Assembly (NCBI RefSeq): GCF_009914755.1
Contig: NC_060926.1
From: the human T2T-CHM13v2.0 reference genome, Homo sapiens
Length of the DNA stretch: 64,000 nucleotides
Strand: one strand, 5' to 3'
The notes beneath the pieces were generated by a model. The model was not told where the DNA came from, ran no database searches, and saw nothing but the letters and a program-made list of their open reading frames with translations. Both the position numbers and the translations under genes were made by a program. Below, piece after piece: positions 61,621-64,000 of the stretch (position 1 is the first letter of the stretch; each line of letters begins with the position of its first letter).

Positions 61621-63896
61621 TAGCCACGTGCTCAATGGCCCCCAAACCCTGCTCTTTTATCTACTTTTTTCCTTAGAGGAAGGAGCCGAAAGGCAGTCTC
61701 TCAGGCAAATTTAAATCAGCTAAGGACACGCACTGTTTTGTTTGCTTTCTTAAACCTGTTAAATATTTTACTTTACCTGCTTTACTTAAATAAAAAAGGT
61801 CACTTTTAATTTATTTATTATTGGTTTGCTTTACTGAAAACTAAAATAAGATCAAGAGTTATTTGCAATAAGCAGTGACTGTCAGTCTGTGAGCCTGGAA
61901 TTCAAAGAGAAGGACTGTTAGAGTTCTTTAACCCTGCTTTGACTTGCTCATTGTTTTTAGTATTTCATTTTGAGAAAAATTAAAGATAGAAAGATTAGAT
62001 AGTACACTAGGATTTATAAACAGCTGATTTTAATAAAATCTTTTAATACTTTATGCAAAATTTAGGTTTACTAACAAAATCATGTGCCACATTCATCTCC
62101 ACATTCCCACACATTTACCCACAGTTATATACTAGGTTACAGTTTTATAACATATTTAGAACCTGATTTTATAGTTCCCACCTAGGCAAAAACCTCACCT
62201 ATTTAAGATTTTTACTGGAGAATGAAACATAATCTTAGAAAATTCGGCAATGCTTATTCATTCACGTGTATTTTTATCTGATTAGCCATTAGAGGAATCT
62301 AGATTGTTTTTTGTGCTTCCAAATATCATAAAATTTAAAGGAAGTGCCATTTTAAGCATCTACTGTAAGTTCTCAAGTTCAAACCAATTCCTTCTCCTTG
62401 CTATATTGTTACTTATTTGATGATTTTGTTTTTGTTTTCAATTGAAAAGAACAACATTTTAGTAAGTTTTAACTCCTCCTCAAAGCCAGTCAAGTTTTCT
62501 AAGAAGTATTTAAAGCTCACAGTCACTGTATTATTTCTATTTCGTGCTCATGCCAACATGTCCATGTGCACACTTACACGCATACACACAGAGTAAATAT
62601 ATTTCTTTAGTTTTTAATATGTAAGGCTCCAAGAGAAGAGGAGACCAAGCGTAAACTTGTGGGTACTGACTATTCTTCACGTAGAGCCACTGCTTTCTCT
62701 CTCTGCCGTGCTCATTCCTGAGCAGCACGTCAGGCCCTCTGCTGATTCCTGTAACGCGGACAGTCACACCTTCACACAGCCAGAGGATGAAGTGGACCCA
62801 CATCCAGAGAGACATTTCTTAATCTGCCAGGAAGAGATCTTTATTGTCATACAATACTTTTCAATATTCTGCCGTGGGTGTGTTTCAGAGGTCTCAATGT
62901 CAACCTAGACATCTTGGAATTTAGGAGAAGCTCTCTAATTTATTTCACAACACACATAAATTGTGCTCTGACCCTGAGTGACAAATTCCTGCACAGAACC
63001 TGAAAAGCTCTCTTAGACAATAGTTGGACTTTTTAGCTGGCTTTGAAAGAATTATGGAAAATAGATGTTTCATAGCCAGCAACTCTCTTGCATTATTCTC
63101 ATTGAAAGAGAGAACTTGAGGACTTATCAGAGAACTAACATTTTAAACAAAAATTATAGAGTATCCTAAATTGCTGAAACCACATCTCTAATTTAACAGC
63201 GAACATATTTAAGTGAAGATAAGCTAAAGGGTTTGGTAGTCATGGCAACATGATGTGAAAATATACCATGTCATTCAAGTCTATTAGAAAAAAATAAATT
63301 ATTATGCCAAAGGTTTTTGTTGCTACTTTAAATACTGACTGTAAAGGAGGAAAGAAAAGAAGAAGAGAAGAGAGGGGCAAGGATTATATTTAACAATTTT
63401 TTATTAGGAAAATACTGGTTTGAAAATAACATGATCTAAATTCTAAATACATTTGACTAAAAACAAAATTGATATTAAAAATAAAGAACATGGAAGAAAA
63501 ATAAAAAACAAATATGCTTCCTTACAAAAATGTGTTAAATCTGTTTCCTTCAAAAAAAGAATCTAGAAGTGGAGAATAATTTCATGTTTTTCACCATTTA
63601 AATGAATTGCTTTTAGAACACACAATTTTTGACTATTCATATGAGAAACAAAACCCCAAAAGCACAACTTTAAATAAATTTAAACAAATATACAAACTAG
63701 TCAGAGCCTTATTCAAAATCATACGATAGGCGATTAAATTGAAATTATTGCAGATAGTTTAAGGTACCGAGAGTCAAAAATAGAAATCGTCCAAATTTTA
63801 TATTCATTAAAAATCCCAGCTAATATTTTTGAGGTCTGTTCTTAACTTTTTTCTATGCTAGAAATTCATAGCTAGCTGTGAATTTTTTTCTTATAA

Positions 63897-63944
63897 AATA
63901 TAATCACACTATACATATTGTAATATAATCACACTATACATATT
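63897..63944. repeat. 25-bp tandem duplication
   Basis: AATATAATCACACTATACATATT repeated with period 25. Confidence 0.9.
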
Positions 63945-64000
63945 TGTCTACAGTTTGATAGCTTAAAAATCTGGCTTTGATATCAGATACACTTGGATTC

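Overview
AT-rich, CpG-poor primate (almost certainly human) intronic DNA, roughly half made of interspersed repeats. I find no host protein-coding exon; all ORFs with recognisable homology belong to decayed LINE-1 or LINE-2. One 58-bp exon with canonical splice sites (22771-22828, +) matches from memory a 5'UTR exon of B3GALT1 (2q24.3), which would make the whole window intronic to that gene (unverified). Main features: a twin-primed inverted L1PA7-like element (7629-11941), a separate 5'-truncated L1 (12230-12866), a full-length but dead L1PA3 (38793-44818, -), a U7 snRNA pseudogene, six Alus plus a FLAM, a THE1 solo LTR, and many MIR, L2, L1M and hAT fossils. I see no new enzyme system or CRISPR-like array. 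The most interesting signals are local rearrangement scars and a possible regulatory use of the L1: a 64-bp templated copy of an Alu junction 1.9 kb away, a perfect 24-bp fold-back hairpin, an inverted duplication of U7 plus its flank, a 135-bp duplication making a three-arm Alu, a possible ancient ~21-kb inversion splitting an old L1, and an L1 antisense promoter/ORF0 pointing the same way as the host gene. Boundaries of old repeats are approximate and subfamily names come from remembered consensus sequences.
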